Source of the DNA: a bacterium
Lineage (GTDB): Bacteria > UBP13 > UBA5359
Direction of reading: 5' to 3'
DNA length: 64,000 nucleotides
Assembly: GCA_028685295.1 (NCBI GenBank)
Contig: JAQUEL010000003.1
Location: 11,104 to 75,103 of the forward strand
The notes under the pieces: generated by a model
What the model saw: only the letters and a program-made list of their open reading frames with translations
Database searches by the model: none
Told to the model about the DNA's origin: nothing
Shown here: one piece after another, positions 31,951-40,605 of the stretch
How the letters are laid out: each line of letters opens with the position of its first letter
How positions within the stretch are numbered: position 1 is the stretch's first letter
Translations under genes and position numbers: made by a program

Positions 31951-33774
31951 TTAAAATAACATAGACGCAACAAACTCCCTTTGAAAATCCGCATTCAAAG
32001 AGAGTTCGATATATTCAACCTTTTGCGCCAATCTTCGGGCCCTATACCGGTCATCCAGGGATGCCAACGCCTTGACGGCTCCAACTCCGGCGGCATTACC
32101 TGCAGATATTATTCTCTTCGCATCGATAGCCGGCAAAAGCCCGATCTCCAATGCACTGCTTTTATTGATATAATTACCGAATGCGCCTGCCAGCAAAAGA
32201 AGAGAAATATCCTTCTCTTCGCATCCAAAATATTTCAAAAGAAGGATGGCTCCGGCTCGGATAGCGGCTTTTGCCAATTGAACCTCTCTGATGTCTCGCT
32301 GAGTAATCTTTACTCTGCCGTCGGCACTATCGCCAAAGAGAATACTGGAAGCGCCATCTTCTTCAGCCAGGCGTATGCCTTTAACAGCTCGGCTTCTTTC
32401 AAGTGCTTCCTCTCCGGATATGATGTATCCGGATTCATCAATTAAACCGCAACGTCTGAAAAGGGCCACGGCATCGATTAATCCCGAACCGCAGAAGCCG
32501 ACAGCCTCCGTTTCACCTATAACCGAACAAACAACTCTTTCATTCTCGATTCTGACACCATCGATGGCTCCGGGAACGGCACGCATACCCCGGGATATAT
32601 GCGCACCTTCAAAAGCGGGTCCGGCTGCAGCAGAGCAGGCTATCATCCGTTCACGGTTGCCCAGCACCATCTCGCCGTTAGTGCCGATATCTACAATCAG
32701 CTTCAGCTCATCGGCTTCCTCAATGCCGGTGGCCAGTATAACTCCGACCGTATCCGCACCGACAAAACCGGCGACATTGGGAAGAGTGAAAACATCGGCT
32801 GCAGGATTAATACTACCTATACCGGCGCTTACAGCATCGGCACATACTTCGTCGCTGGTAACGGCTGTGTATGGTGCCGTTGCCAGCGCCCGGACATCAA
32901 GCCCCCAGAAGATATGGCTCATACAGGTATTGCCCACCAGAGCAACCTCATAAATATTGGTTGTTTCAATATTGTGCCGCCTAGCGAGTTCGCTTATCAG
33001 GCCGTTGACCGTATTCAACAGCATATCTTTCAATGCTTGCAATTTCAAATCGTCAGAGGCATATTCTATGCGGGATATAAGATCTGCTCCATATGTTGCC
33101 TGAGGATTGGAGGATGAGGCGGTATCTATCAGCCGCTGCCGGTATACATCCAGCAAATAGCTTGCTATTGTGGTGGTGCCGATATCCACTGCCACGGCGT
33201 AATTGGCGTCAACGCTATTTCCTCTTTCCACCGTTATCACGCTGTCACCGCGTAAAACAACTGTTATCTCCTGTGGAGAGCGCTGATCAAGAAGGCCGTT
33301 TAAGCAACGCAGCACGTCGATTCTCAGCGGCTTCACTTCAGCATGCCCGGCCAGTGCATAGCGCAAACGTTCTGTCGCCGACCACTGCTTTTCCAGGCTG
33401 GGAGGCCCTATCACTACCGCCACCTTGCTGACAGAAGGCCTGAAGGCCAGATCGATACGGCTATCACCGGCAAAGAGCTTATGAGTAGCCAGACTGAGCG
33501 TATCCTCATAATGTACACTCATATTCTGTTTTGGTCGAAGCCTACAGGCCAATCTCATTCCCGCTGATAGATCATCAGATGACAGCAGCCGCAACTCCAC
33601 CTCATCGGGCACAGCTTCACCATGGATAACCCTTACTTTGCATTTGCCGCAGGTTCCCAGCCCGCCACAAGGAGCTTCTACGGCCTTGCCGGCATTAATC
33701 ATGGCCTCCATGAGTGTCTCACCCGGGGACACCTTTATAACTTCACCATCGGGTTCCAGTATCACCTTGGGCAT
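31951..33774 (-). CDS. RACo-like protein: N-terminal plant-type [2Fe-2S] ferredoxin domain plus C-terminal ASKHA (DUF4445) ATPase domain
   Basis: 607 aa. Ferredoxin Cys pattern CGGLGTCGKCKV...C. Glycine-rich ASKHA phosphate loops (VAVDIGTTTIA, DIGTNGEMVLG, FGNYIN). This architecture matches reductive activators of corrinoid proteins. Confidence 0.65.
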   Translation of the reverse strand: MPKVILEPDGEVIKVSPGETLMEAMINAGKAVEAPCGGLGTCGKCKVRVIHGEAVPDEVELRLLSSDDLSAGMRLACRLRPKQNMSVHYEDTLSLATHKLFAGDSRIDLAFRPSVSKVAVVIGPPSLEKQWSATERLRYALAGHAEVKPLRIDVLRCLNGLLDQRSPQEITVVLRGDSVITVERGNSVDANYAVAVDIGTTTIASYLLDVYRQRLIDTASSSNPQATYGADLISRIEYASDDLKLQALKDMLLNTVNGLISELARRHNIETTNIYEVALVGNTCMSHIFWGLDVRALATAPYTAVTSDEVCADAVSAGIGSINPAADVFTLPNVAGFVGADTVGVILATGIEEADELKLIVDIGTNGEMVLGNRERMIACSAAAGPAFEGAHISRGMRAVPGAIDGVRIENERVVCSVIGETEAVGFCGSGLIDAVALFRRCGLIDESGYIISGEEALERSRAVKGIRLAEEDGASSILFGDSADGRVKITQRDIREVQLAKAAIRAGAILLLKYFGCEEKDISLLLLAGAFGNYINKSSALEIGLLPAIDAKRIISAGNAAGVGAVKALASLDDRYRARRLAQKVEYIELSLNADFQREFVASMLF

Positions 33775-33777
33775 CTC

Positions 33778-34728
33778 TTACTCCTTAGCCGGCTTTCCCC
33801 AAATTTCTCCGCATGCAGGCTTGTATCCATTTATATATTGTGCCGCGTGCAAGCATTTCCTGTTCTCAGGCTGAAGCTCTGTTATCAACAGGCCGTCCTG
33901 ACCGGTAGCCAGCAATATTCCCTGCTCGGATATCTCCACAACCTCCCCGGTCCGACCTCCTGAAACAGGTTTTACTTCCGCTCGGCATATTCTCAACCGC
34001 TCACCATTTCTATAAGTAAAGGAGGTCGGCCAGGGTATCATCGCCCTTATCAGATTACGTATTCGCTCGGCAGAGAAGGACCAGTCGATCTCTGCTTCAG
34101 CTTTAGTGATGATCGGCGCATATGTTGCTTTACTCTCATCCTGAGGCACAGCCAGCGCCCTACCGCGTCCTTCGAGTATTACGGCAGTGGATTCCAATAC
34201 CAATTCAGCGCCGATTTCCGACAGGCGCCGCCCTAATGTGAGAGAGGTATCATCTGCATATATGAGCTCAGGCCGTTGCAACAGTATATCCCCGGCATCC
34301 ACCTTGGCAGTCATATAAAGGATGGTAGCTCCTGTTGCGCTATCGCCATTCATAATAGCACGCTGTATGGGCGCTGCCCCTCTGTATGCCGGCAGGAGAG
34401 AACCGTGCAAATTCACCGCCCCTAGTTCAGGCACCTCCAGCAGGGATTGTGGCAATATCTGCCCATAAGCAGCCACCCACAGAATTTGCGGTTGCAATGA
34501 AGATATTCTATCCAATGCTTCAGCTGACTTTATACGTTCCGGTTGATAGATCTCTATGCCTAATTCCAGCGCCGCTTCCTTGGCAGGGCTTAATCTGAGC
34601 TTGAGATTACGGCCGGCAGGCTTATCAGGTTGTGTTACCAACAGCGATATGCCCACAGCTTCATGCAAACTTCTAATAGAGGGAACAGCAAACTCCGATG
34701 TTCCCATGAATATTATCTTCGCTTTCAT
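33778..34728 (-). CDS. fmt: Methionyl-tRNA formyltransferase
   Basis: 316 aa. IIFMGTSEFAVPSIRSL..., SLLPAYRGAAPIQRAI. Confidence 0.9.
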   Translation of the reverse strand: MKAKIIFMGTSEFAVPSIRSLHEAVGISLLVTQPDKPAGRNLKLRLSPAKEAALELGIEIYQPERIKSAEALDRISSLQPQILWVAAYGQILPQSLLEVPELGAVNLHGSLLPAYRGAAPIQRAIMNGDSATGATILYMTAKVDAGDILLQRPELIYADDTSLTLGRRLSEIGAELVLESTAVILEGRGRALAVPQDESKATYAPIITKAEAEIDWSFSAERIRNLIRAMIPWPTSFTYRNGERLRICRAEVKPVSGGRTGEVVEISEQGILLATGQDGLLITELQPENRKCLHAAQYINGYKPACGEIWGKPAKE

Positions 34729-35195
34729 TGTTCTGTACCGCTCTTTTTAAGTGTTAAAGGATCGGCCTTATCCACATAAAGGACACCATCAAGATGATCG
34801 ATTTCATGCTGCAATGCCTGAGCCAGCAAGCCGGTACCCTCCATTTCAAATTGTCTGAACTTGAGGTCTCTGGCGCTAACTCTTACCCAGGAGAAGCGCT
34901 CTACTTCAGCTGTATAACCGGGAATGCTTAGACAGCCTTCCTGGCAAACGACCCTACCGCTACAGGCTACGATTTCAGGATTAATAAGAACTATAAGCCC
35001 TTCGCCGATATCCACCAATGCTATCCGCTTATCGGAACCGACCTGAGTAGCAGCCAAACCAACGCCGTTGGCGGCATATAATGTGCTTGACATATTTCTG
35101 ATCAACTGCCTTATATCAGGCGTTATCTCCGTTACTTCTCTCGTCTCCTGCCTGAGACGGGAATCCTCACTGGTCAATATCTTGAGTACGGCCAT
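34725..35195 (-). CDS. def: Peptide deformylase
   Basis: Motifs GVGLAATQVG, EGCLS, QHEIDHLDG. Probable start MAVLKIL; the ORF track adds 7 codons. Confidence 0.9.
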   Translation of the reverse strand: MAVLKILTSEDSRLRQETREVTEITPDIRQLIRNMSSTLYAANGVGLAATQVGSDKRIALVDIGEGLIVLINPEIVACSGRVVCQEGCLSIPGYTAEVERFSWVRVSARDLKFRQFEMEGTGLLAQALQHEIDHLDGVLYVDKADPLTLKKSGTEQ

Positions 35196-35225
35196 AGCCG
35201 ATACACTCCTTTTCACCGTATACTT

Positions 35226-37397
35226 TTAATCGGGGTCCACATCAATTATAAGCCCTCTCCTGTCAGCCTGGCGCATGGACAGCAGCACTTGCCTCAGATG
35301 TTCTAATGTTTTCTCCAGCTCGCTTGATTTGATCAGCAAATGCCATCTATATTCTCCTTTAAGCCGGGCTATGGCGGCAGGAGCCGGCCCAATAATTATA
35401 TCATGCTGCGGCAGATTCTGCCGCAGCAGCTCGGCAAAGGCCGTAATCCTGTTCCGGGCCTTGTCCGGCATTGGATCGAAAGAGACGATACTAATAATAC
35501 GGCTGAAGGGCGGATATGATAACTCCTCCCGTTGTTGTAATTCCACCTCATAAAAGCCGGTGTAATTGTGTTCGGCGGCACAGACAATGGCCGAATGTTC
35601 CGGATTATACGTCTGCAGCATTACTTTACCCTCGGTAGAGCCGCGGCCCGCCCGGCCTGCCACCTGCGTCAGAAGCTGAAAAGTCCTCTCACCAGCTCTA
35701 AAGGATTCCACATTCAATGATATATCGGCGGCAATAACACCGACAACCGTAACCTCCGGAAAATCATGCCCCTTGGTAACCATCTGAGTACCTATAAGTA
35801 TACCGCCGCTTCTGCTCTTGAAAGCCTCTATCAGTTCCTGGTGCGCTCCCTTTCTGGAAGTAGTGTCTCTATCCATTCTAAAAACCGGTGCATCGGGAAA
35901 TTCTAATGCCGTACTCTCTTCCAGCCTTTCAGTTCCCAGCCCGAAATACCTGATATAATGACTGGAACATTTGGGACAGGTACTCGGCGCTTTTGCCGTA
36001 TATTCACAATGATGACATGTCAGCATTTTATTTTTCATATGATAGGTGAGCGAGACTGAACAGTTAGGACAGCGAACAGAATAACCGCACTCTCGGCAAA
36101 GAACAAAGGTGGAGTAGCCCCTTCTGTTCAGAAAGAGTATGCTCTGTTTATCATTATCCAGTGCCTCTTTTACCGCATCCATCAGCTTTCGGCTGAAAAT
36201 ACGACGGTTTCCGGATTTAAGTTCCTCTCTCATGTCGATTATCTCAACATGCGGCATTTCCCTGTCTGCCACCCGCTTCTTCAATTCCAACAGCACATAA
36301 TTGCCGTTAGATGCTTGATAATAGCTCTCCAGCGACGGAGTGGCACTGCCCAGCACTACCTGGGCAGCATAAAGTTCCGCTCGCTTCATGGCTACATCTC
36401 TGGTGTGATACCGGGGGCAGCTATCTTGTTTGTAGCTCTGGTCATGCTCTTCATCAATAACTATTATGCCTGGATCTTTTAAAGGAGCAAAAACGGCAGA
36501 TCTGGGCCCCAATACAATATCTGCATCGCCGTCAGCTATCCTGCGCCATTCCGAGGCTCTTTCACCGGCCGACATAGCGCTATGCAACACAGCCAGCCTT
36601 TGACCGAATCTGCTTCTGAATATGCCGGATATCTGTGGCGTAAGCCCTATTTCCGGCACGGTCACTATCGCCTGACGGCCGCCAGCCAGTGTCTTCTCAA
36701 CCATACGGATATATAGTTCTGTCTTACCACTTCCGGTAACGCCGTGCAGAAGCACCGGCCTGGTATCGCCACGTCTTCTCAAATCCATAACAGCATTCAA
36801 TACATGCTGTTGCTCATCTGTAAGGCGCTCCGGAATATTATCATTTGCACGTAATGAAGCGTAAGCTTCATCAGGCGTAACGAAAGAAACGAGGCCTTTT
36901 TTTACCAGCGCATTCATTACAGAAGAGCTGACGCCGCAAAGGCGATAACATTCAGCTCTGCTGAAGCGAAAAGGATTGGCAAGGATAAGATCATACAATC
37001 TTTGCTGTAATGCCGTCAATCTGTCAGGCACTCTCTCAGATGGTCCGATCAGAAGCACTCTCTGCTTACGAACGCCCTCTTCAATATAAGAGGGATAAAA
37101 GAGCCTTAGTGCATCTATGGAGGGAGAGAAATAGTGCCGGGCAATCCATTTAGCTAACGCTATAGATTTCTCGCAAAGAAATGTATCATGCCGGATTAAA
37201 TGGAGTATAGTGCTGAGATCGGCATAAGCAGAATGGCTCTTAAGATGCGCAATTATGCCTTTGACATGCCTGCGGTTAAAGAGAACTTCAACTTCATCAC
37301 CCACCACAACCTCTTCTTGAATATGAGGTGGAACGATATAATCAAAGCCGAATTCACCGGTAAGAACGGGAAGATCAACTATAACCTCGGCTATCAT
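35226..37397 (-). CDS. priA: Primosomal protein N' (replication-restart helicase)
   Basis: 723 aa. Walker A GVTGSGKTE, DEEHD, and a Zn-binding Cys cluster (CRECGYSVRCPNCSVSLTYH...CHHC). Confidence 0.9.
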   Translation of the reverse strand: MIAEVIVDLPVLTGEFGFDYIVPPHIQEEVVVGDEVEVLFNRRHVKGIIAHLKSHSAYADLSTILHLIRHDTFLCEKSIALAKWIARHYFSPSIDALRLFYPSYIEEGVRKQRVLLIGPSERVPDRLTALQQRLYDLILANPFRFSRAECYRLCGVSSSVMNALVKKGLVSFVTPDEAYASLRANDNIPERLTDEQQHVLNAVMDLRRRGDTRPVLLHGVTGSGKTELYIRMVEKTLAGGRQAIVTVPEIGLTPQISGIFRSRFGQRLAVLHSAMSAGERASEWRRIADGDADIVLGPRSAVFAPLKDPGIIVIDEEHDQSYKQDSCPRYHTRDVAMKRAELYAAQVVLGSATPSLESYYQASNGNYVLLELKKRVADREMPHVEIIDMREELKSGNRRIFSRKLMDAVKEALDNDKQSILFLNRRGYSTFVLCRECGYSVRCPNCSVSLTYHMKNKMLTCHHCEYTAKAPSTCPKCSSHYIRYFGLGTERLEESTALEFPDAPVFRMDRDTTSRKGAHQELIEAFKSRSGGILIGTQMVTKGHDFPEVTVVGVIAADISLNVESFRAGERTFQLLTQVAGRAGRGSTEGKVMLQTYNPEHSAIVCAAEHNYTGFYEVELQQREELSYPPFSRIISIVSFDPMPDKARNRITAFAELLRQNLPQHDIIIGPAPAAIARLKGEYRWHLLIKSSELEKTLEHLRQVLLSMRQADRRGLIIDVDPD

Positions 37398-37444
37398 TTC
37401 AGAAACCCCACGGCGTTGCTCAATAACCTTATAACGCCATCGCG

Positions 37445-38341
37445 TTATAAGGTTATTTCCACTTTGGCCTTGCTACGCTGCTCCTGGATCCATCCGGGAA
37501 TAACTGCCTTACGTTTTTCATCCATAAGCATCTTTTTGATCTCATCCTTCACTGAGGCCAGAGACATCTCACGCTCAGCTTCCCTGGCTTCCACTTTAAT
37601 GATATGGTAACCGTAATTAGTTTTGACTATATCACTTATTTCACCAACATTAACAGCAAAGGCCGCCATTTCAAATTCCGGAACCATCTGCCCGCGAATA
37701 AAGGTTCCCAGATCCCCTCCGTTGGCTTTGCTGCCCGGATCGATAGAGATCTCGGCAGCCAATTCATCGAACTTCTTATCGCCGCTCTTCAGCTGTTCCA
37801 AAGCCTTCCTGGCCTCTTTCTCCGTCTTCACCAGAATATGCCTGGCTCTTACCGTCTCGGGCACAGTATAGCGCTGCTTATTCTCATCATAGTGCTTCTT
37901 TATTTCATCATCTGTAACAGCTGTGTCGGCTGCAGTCAGCTTATCCAGCATCAACCGCGGCGCCATGTCAGCTTTTAAAGCATTCAGATCTAGCTTATAG
38001 CGTTTCAAAGCCTCCTCAAAGGCGGCCTCATTGGGAAACTGTGATCTTATCTCGGCCACCTCGGCATTGACTTCAGCGTCGGTTATCTTGATACCGGCCT
38101 TGACAGCGGCTTGCTTGATAATTAACATATCGATCATCTGTTCCAGCATCGAACTACCGGCCTGTTTGATTAGCCTATCGACCAGGCTCTGCCTGGTAAT
38201 CGCCTCCCCATTTACCGTAGCAACGACATCGGACTTGGCGGCAGATGTCGCTGTCTTTTTGTCAGCTGCGTATCCAACTGTCGCTGCTGATAAAATCATG
38301 ATTACTGCGGTTGCCGTGAATAGAGTCTTAATTGTTCTCAT
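37445..38341 (-). CDS. Secreted parvulin-type peptidyl-prolyl isomerase (PrsA/SurA-like foldase)
   Basis: 298 aa. Signal peptide; PpiC domain ARHILVKTEKEA...GGDLGTF...YGYHIIKV. Confidence 0.75.
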   Translation of the reverse strand: MRTIKTLFTATAVIMILSAATVGYAADKKTATSAAKSDVVATVNGEAITRQSLVDRLIKQAGSSMLEQMIDMLIIKQAAVKAGIKITDAEVNAEVAEIRSQFPNEAAFEEALKRYKLDLNALKADMAPRLMLDKLTAADTAVTDDEIKKHYDENKQRYTVPETVRARHILVKTEKEARKALEQLKSGDKKFDELAAEISIDPGSKANGGDLGTFIRGQMVPEFEMAAFAVNVGEISDIVKTNYGYHIIKVEAREAEREMSLASVKDEIKKMLMDEKRKAVIPGWIQEQRSKAKVEITL

Positions 38342-39557
38342 CGGTTCTCTTCCTCTCCTTTAAAATATCTGCAATTTTTTCCATAATAGACAAAGCAAGG
38401 TTATCCTTGCTTGCCTGATCGATACAAATAGGGCCCCTGTTCTTCATAAGCAAAGTAAACGATCCTGTTTCAGCGCCGAAGCTTGTCGGATCATTGAGAA
38501 TGATCATATCAAGTCTTTTATCAGCCAGCTTTCGTTGAGCATTCTCCAAATGATTGGCTGACTCTAGTGCAAAACCGATCAATACACAATTCACCGCGCG
38601 TCCTGCAATATCCTTCAAAATATCCGGATTTCGAACCAGGTTAAGGGTCATAACATCTTTATCTTTTTTTATCTTGCCTGAAGCACGCACAACCGGCCTG
38701 TAATCGGATACGGCAGCAGCCATGATCAAGACATCGGTCGTATCTATTCCGGCACTGACCTCCCTCTGCATATCCAGAGCGCTCTCTACGCTGATAAGTT
38801 CGGCTCCGGCAATTATATCATCGAGGAGTTCATTTACCGGGCCCATTACAAGCCTGACCTCAGCCCCCTGCGCCAAGGCTGCACGAGTTAACGAAAAGCC
38901 GATCTTGCCGGTGGAAGGATTCGAGATATACCTGACATCGTCCAGCCATTCACGCGTAGGGCCGGCGGTTATCATTATCCTGACGCCGCTCAATGGCTTA
39001 TTGGTGACAAGAATTGCGGTTAGCGCCGCTAATATATCCTCCGGCTCTGCCAGTCTGCCGGTTCCTTGCGCTCCACAGGCCAGAGAGCCCTCTCCGGGAT
39101 CAATAATTGTCACGCCTCGTCGGCGCAGCAAAGATACGTTGTCCACTACAGCCGGACTGCACCACATAGCTGTATTCATAGCAGGAGCAACCGCTATGCG
39201 ATGTGATGAAAAGGCAAGGGCGGTAGAAGTGACCAGATTGCCGGCCATACCGCACGCAAGCCCTGCTATAGTGTTAGCCGTCGCCGGTGCCAAAAGGTAA
39301 ACATCCGCCCACTCAGCCAGCGAGATATGGCTATCACGCCAGGCGCCGTCGGTGAGAAAATTATCAGTGTAAACCTCATGCCCTGTCAACGCCCTCAACG
39401 TATCAATGCCGATAAAATGCTTGCCGGCATCAGTAATCAGGGCCTTTACCTCGGCCCCTTCCTGCTGTAGCAACCTGATCAGATATGCTGACTTATAAGC
39501 CGCAATACTTCCGGTTACTCCAAGCAGCACTCGTTTTCCCTTAAGCATATGGTTCAT
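38328..39557 (-). CDS. coaBC: Bifunctional phosphopantothenoylcysteine decarboxylase / phosphopantothenate-cysteine ligase
   Basis: 409 aa. Flavoprotein N-domain (VLLGVTGSIAAYK) plus DFP C-domain. Confidence 0.9.
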   Translation of the reverse strand: MNHMLKGKRVLLGVTGSIAAYKSAYLIRLLQQEGAEVKALITDAGKHFIGIDTLRALTGHEVYTDNFLTDGAWRDSHISLAEWADVYLLAPATANTIAGLACGMAGNLVTSTALAFSSHRIAVAPAMNTAMWCSPAVVDNVSLLRRRGVTIIDPGEGSLACGAQGTGRLAEPEDILAALTAILVTNKPLSGVRIMITAGPTREWLDDVRYISNPSTGKIGFSLTRAALAQGAEVRLVMGPVNELLDDIIAGAELISVESALDMQREVSAGIDTTDVLIMAAAVSDYRPVVRASGKIKKDKDVMTLNLVRNPDILKDIAGRAVNCVLIGFALESANHLENAQRKLADKRLDMIILNDPTSFGAETGSFTLLMKNRGPICIDQASKDNLALSIMEKIADILKERKRTDENN

Positions 39558-39757
39558 TTCTCCGGTTGCGCTTGAATAATCTCAACTTCGCCCTTGATTA
39601 TTTCATCAAGAGCTATGGTAACAGGCTTGGTTGCCGAGGTTTTAATTATCGGCTCCTTACCACTGTTTATTTCCCTGGCCCGCTTAGCTACCGCTACTGT
39701 CAGCGCATATTTATTTATGCCCATATCCCGTCTTACTTCAACTGGCGAAATCAGCAT
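39554..39757 (-). CDS. rpoZ: DNA-directed RNA polymerase subunit omega
   Basis: 67 aa. NKYALTVAVAKRAREI. Confidence 0.85.
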   Translation of the reverse strand: MLISPVEVRRDMGINKYALTVAVAKRAREINSGKEPIIKTSATKPVTIALDEIIKGEVEIIQAQPEK

Positions 39758-40338
39758 TCTTCGTCATCTCTCTTTCGTCGTCTGCTCTCATTTTGTATTA
39801 TTTCCGCTAATTCACTAACGGTCTTGTCCATAACATCGTTTACAATGATATAATCGTATGCGGAGGATACCGCTATCTCTCTGTCAGCCTCTATTAATCG
39901 GCGTTCAATTGCCTGTCTGTTTTCCGTTCCCCGCTCTGTCAATCGACGGACCAATTCGGCGCGCGATGGAGGAACAAGAAAGATTGTCAAGGCATCGGAA
40001 ACGGCGCCGGCTACCTTTTCAGCTCCCTGTACATCAATAACCAAAACAACATCTCTGCCCTCACCACGCAAACGCATAACCTCATCCGCAGGCGTACCGT
40101 AATAGTTGGCATGAACAGAGGCCCATTCCAGAAAACGGTTCTCGGCTATCATCTGTTCAAAGCGTTTCCGCTCAACAAAAATATAATCTCGCCCGTTGAT
40201 CTCTCCTTCGCGCATAGGCCTGGTAGTAACAGAAATGCTTTTTCGGAGATCTGGAAGGCGTTTATTCAGCTCTTTAAAAACCGTATCCTTACCTACACCG
40301 GAAGGACCGGAAATAATAATCAGCAGTCCTTCTTTCAA
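39751..40338 (-). CDS. gmk: Guanylate kinase
   Basis: 195 aa. P-loop GPSGVGKDT, TTRPMREGE. Starts at TTG. Confidence 0.9.
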   Translation of the reverse strand: MKEGLLIIISGPSGVGKDTVFKELNKRLPDLRKSISVTTRPMREGEINGRDYIFVERKRFEQMIAENRFLEWASVHANYYGTPADEVMRLRGEGRDVVLVIDVQGAEKVAGAVSDALTIFLVPPSRAELVRRLTERGTENRQAIERRLIEADREIAVSSAYDYIIVNDVMDKTVSELAEIIQNESRRRKRDDEEC

Positions 40339-40435
40339 AATGTTTCCTCACATAACCTCTCAAGCGGAATTTAGAAGCTGGTAGCTAGAGAAACCTGAGA
40401 GCACTTCTTAGCTCTGCTTACGGCTACTCCGCTTC

Positions 40436-40467
40436 GTCCTGTTGTTCGGCTAGCCGAACAACAGGAC
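40436..40467. repeat. 28-32-bp perfect palindrome (GTCCTGTTGTTCGGC-TA-GCCGAACAACAGGAC) at the 5' end of the gmk-rpoZ-coaBC transcript. Candidate operator or stabilising 5' stem-loop.
   Basis: Half-sites are exact reverse complements. It lies immediately downstream of the -10 element and has no U-tract. Confidence 0.55.
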
Positions 40468-40469
40468 AT

Positions 40470-40510
40470 ATTATATCACAAGCCATTGCTAACAGCTAAT
40501 AAATTTCCAC
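40470..40510 (-). promoter_or_regulatory. Extended -10 promoter (TGTGATATAAT) upstream of gmk
   Basis: Minus-strand TTGTGATATAAT (reverse complement of 40470-40480), with a weak -35. Confidence 0.5.
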
Positions 40511-40605
40511 CGGTGCATATATTATCTTGAGGAAGGCTTTCTATTTTCTGAAATCCTATTCTCTACCCTCGGTGCCCGGACCTACAAACGGCCCGGCATT
40601 CGATA

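Noticed and set aside
40438-40465. Palindrome contains GTTCGG...CCGAAC, which resembles a LexA/Cheo box
   Set aside because: The Gram-positive LexA box is CGAAC-N4-GTTCG (GAAC then GTTC). Here the half-site order is inverted, and the spacing and arms do not fit.
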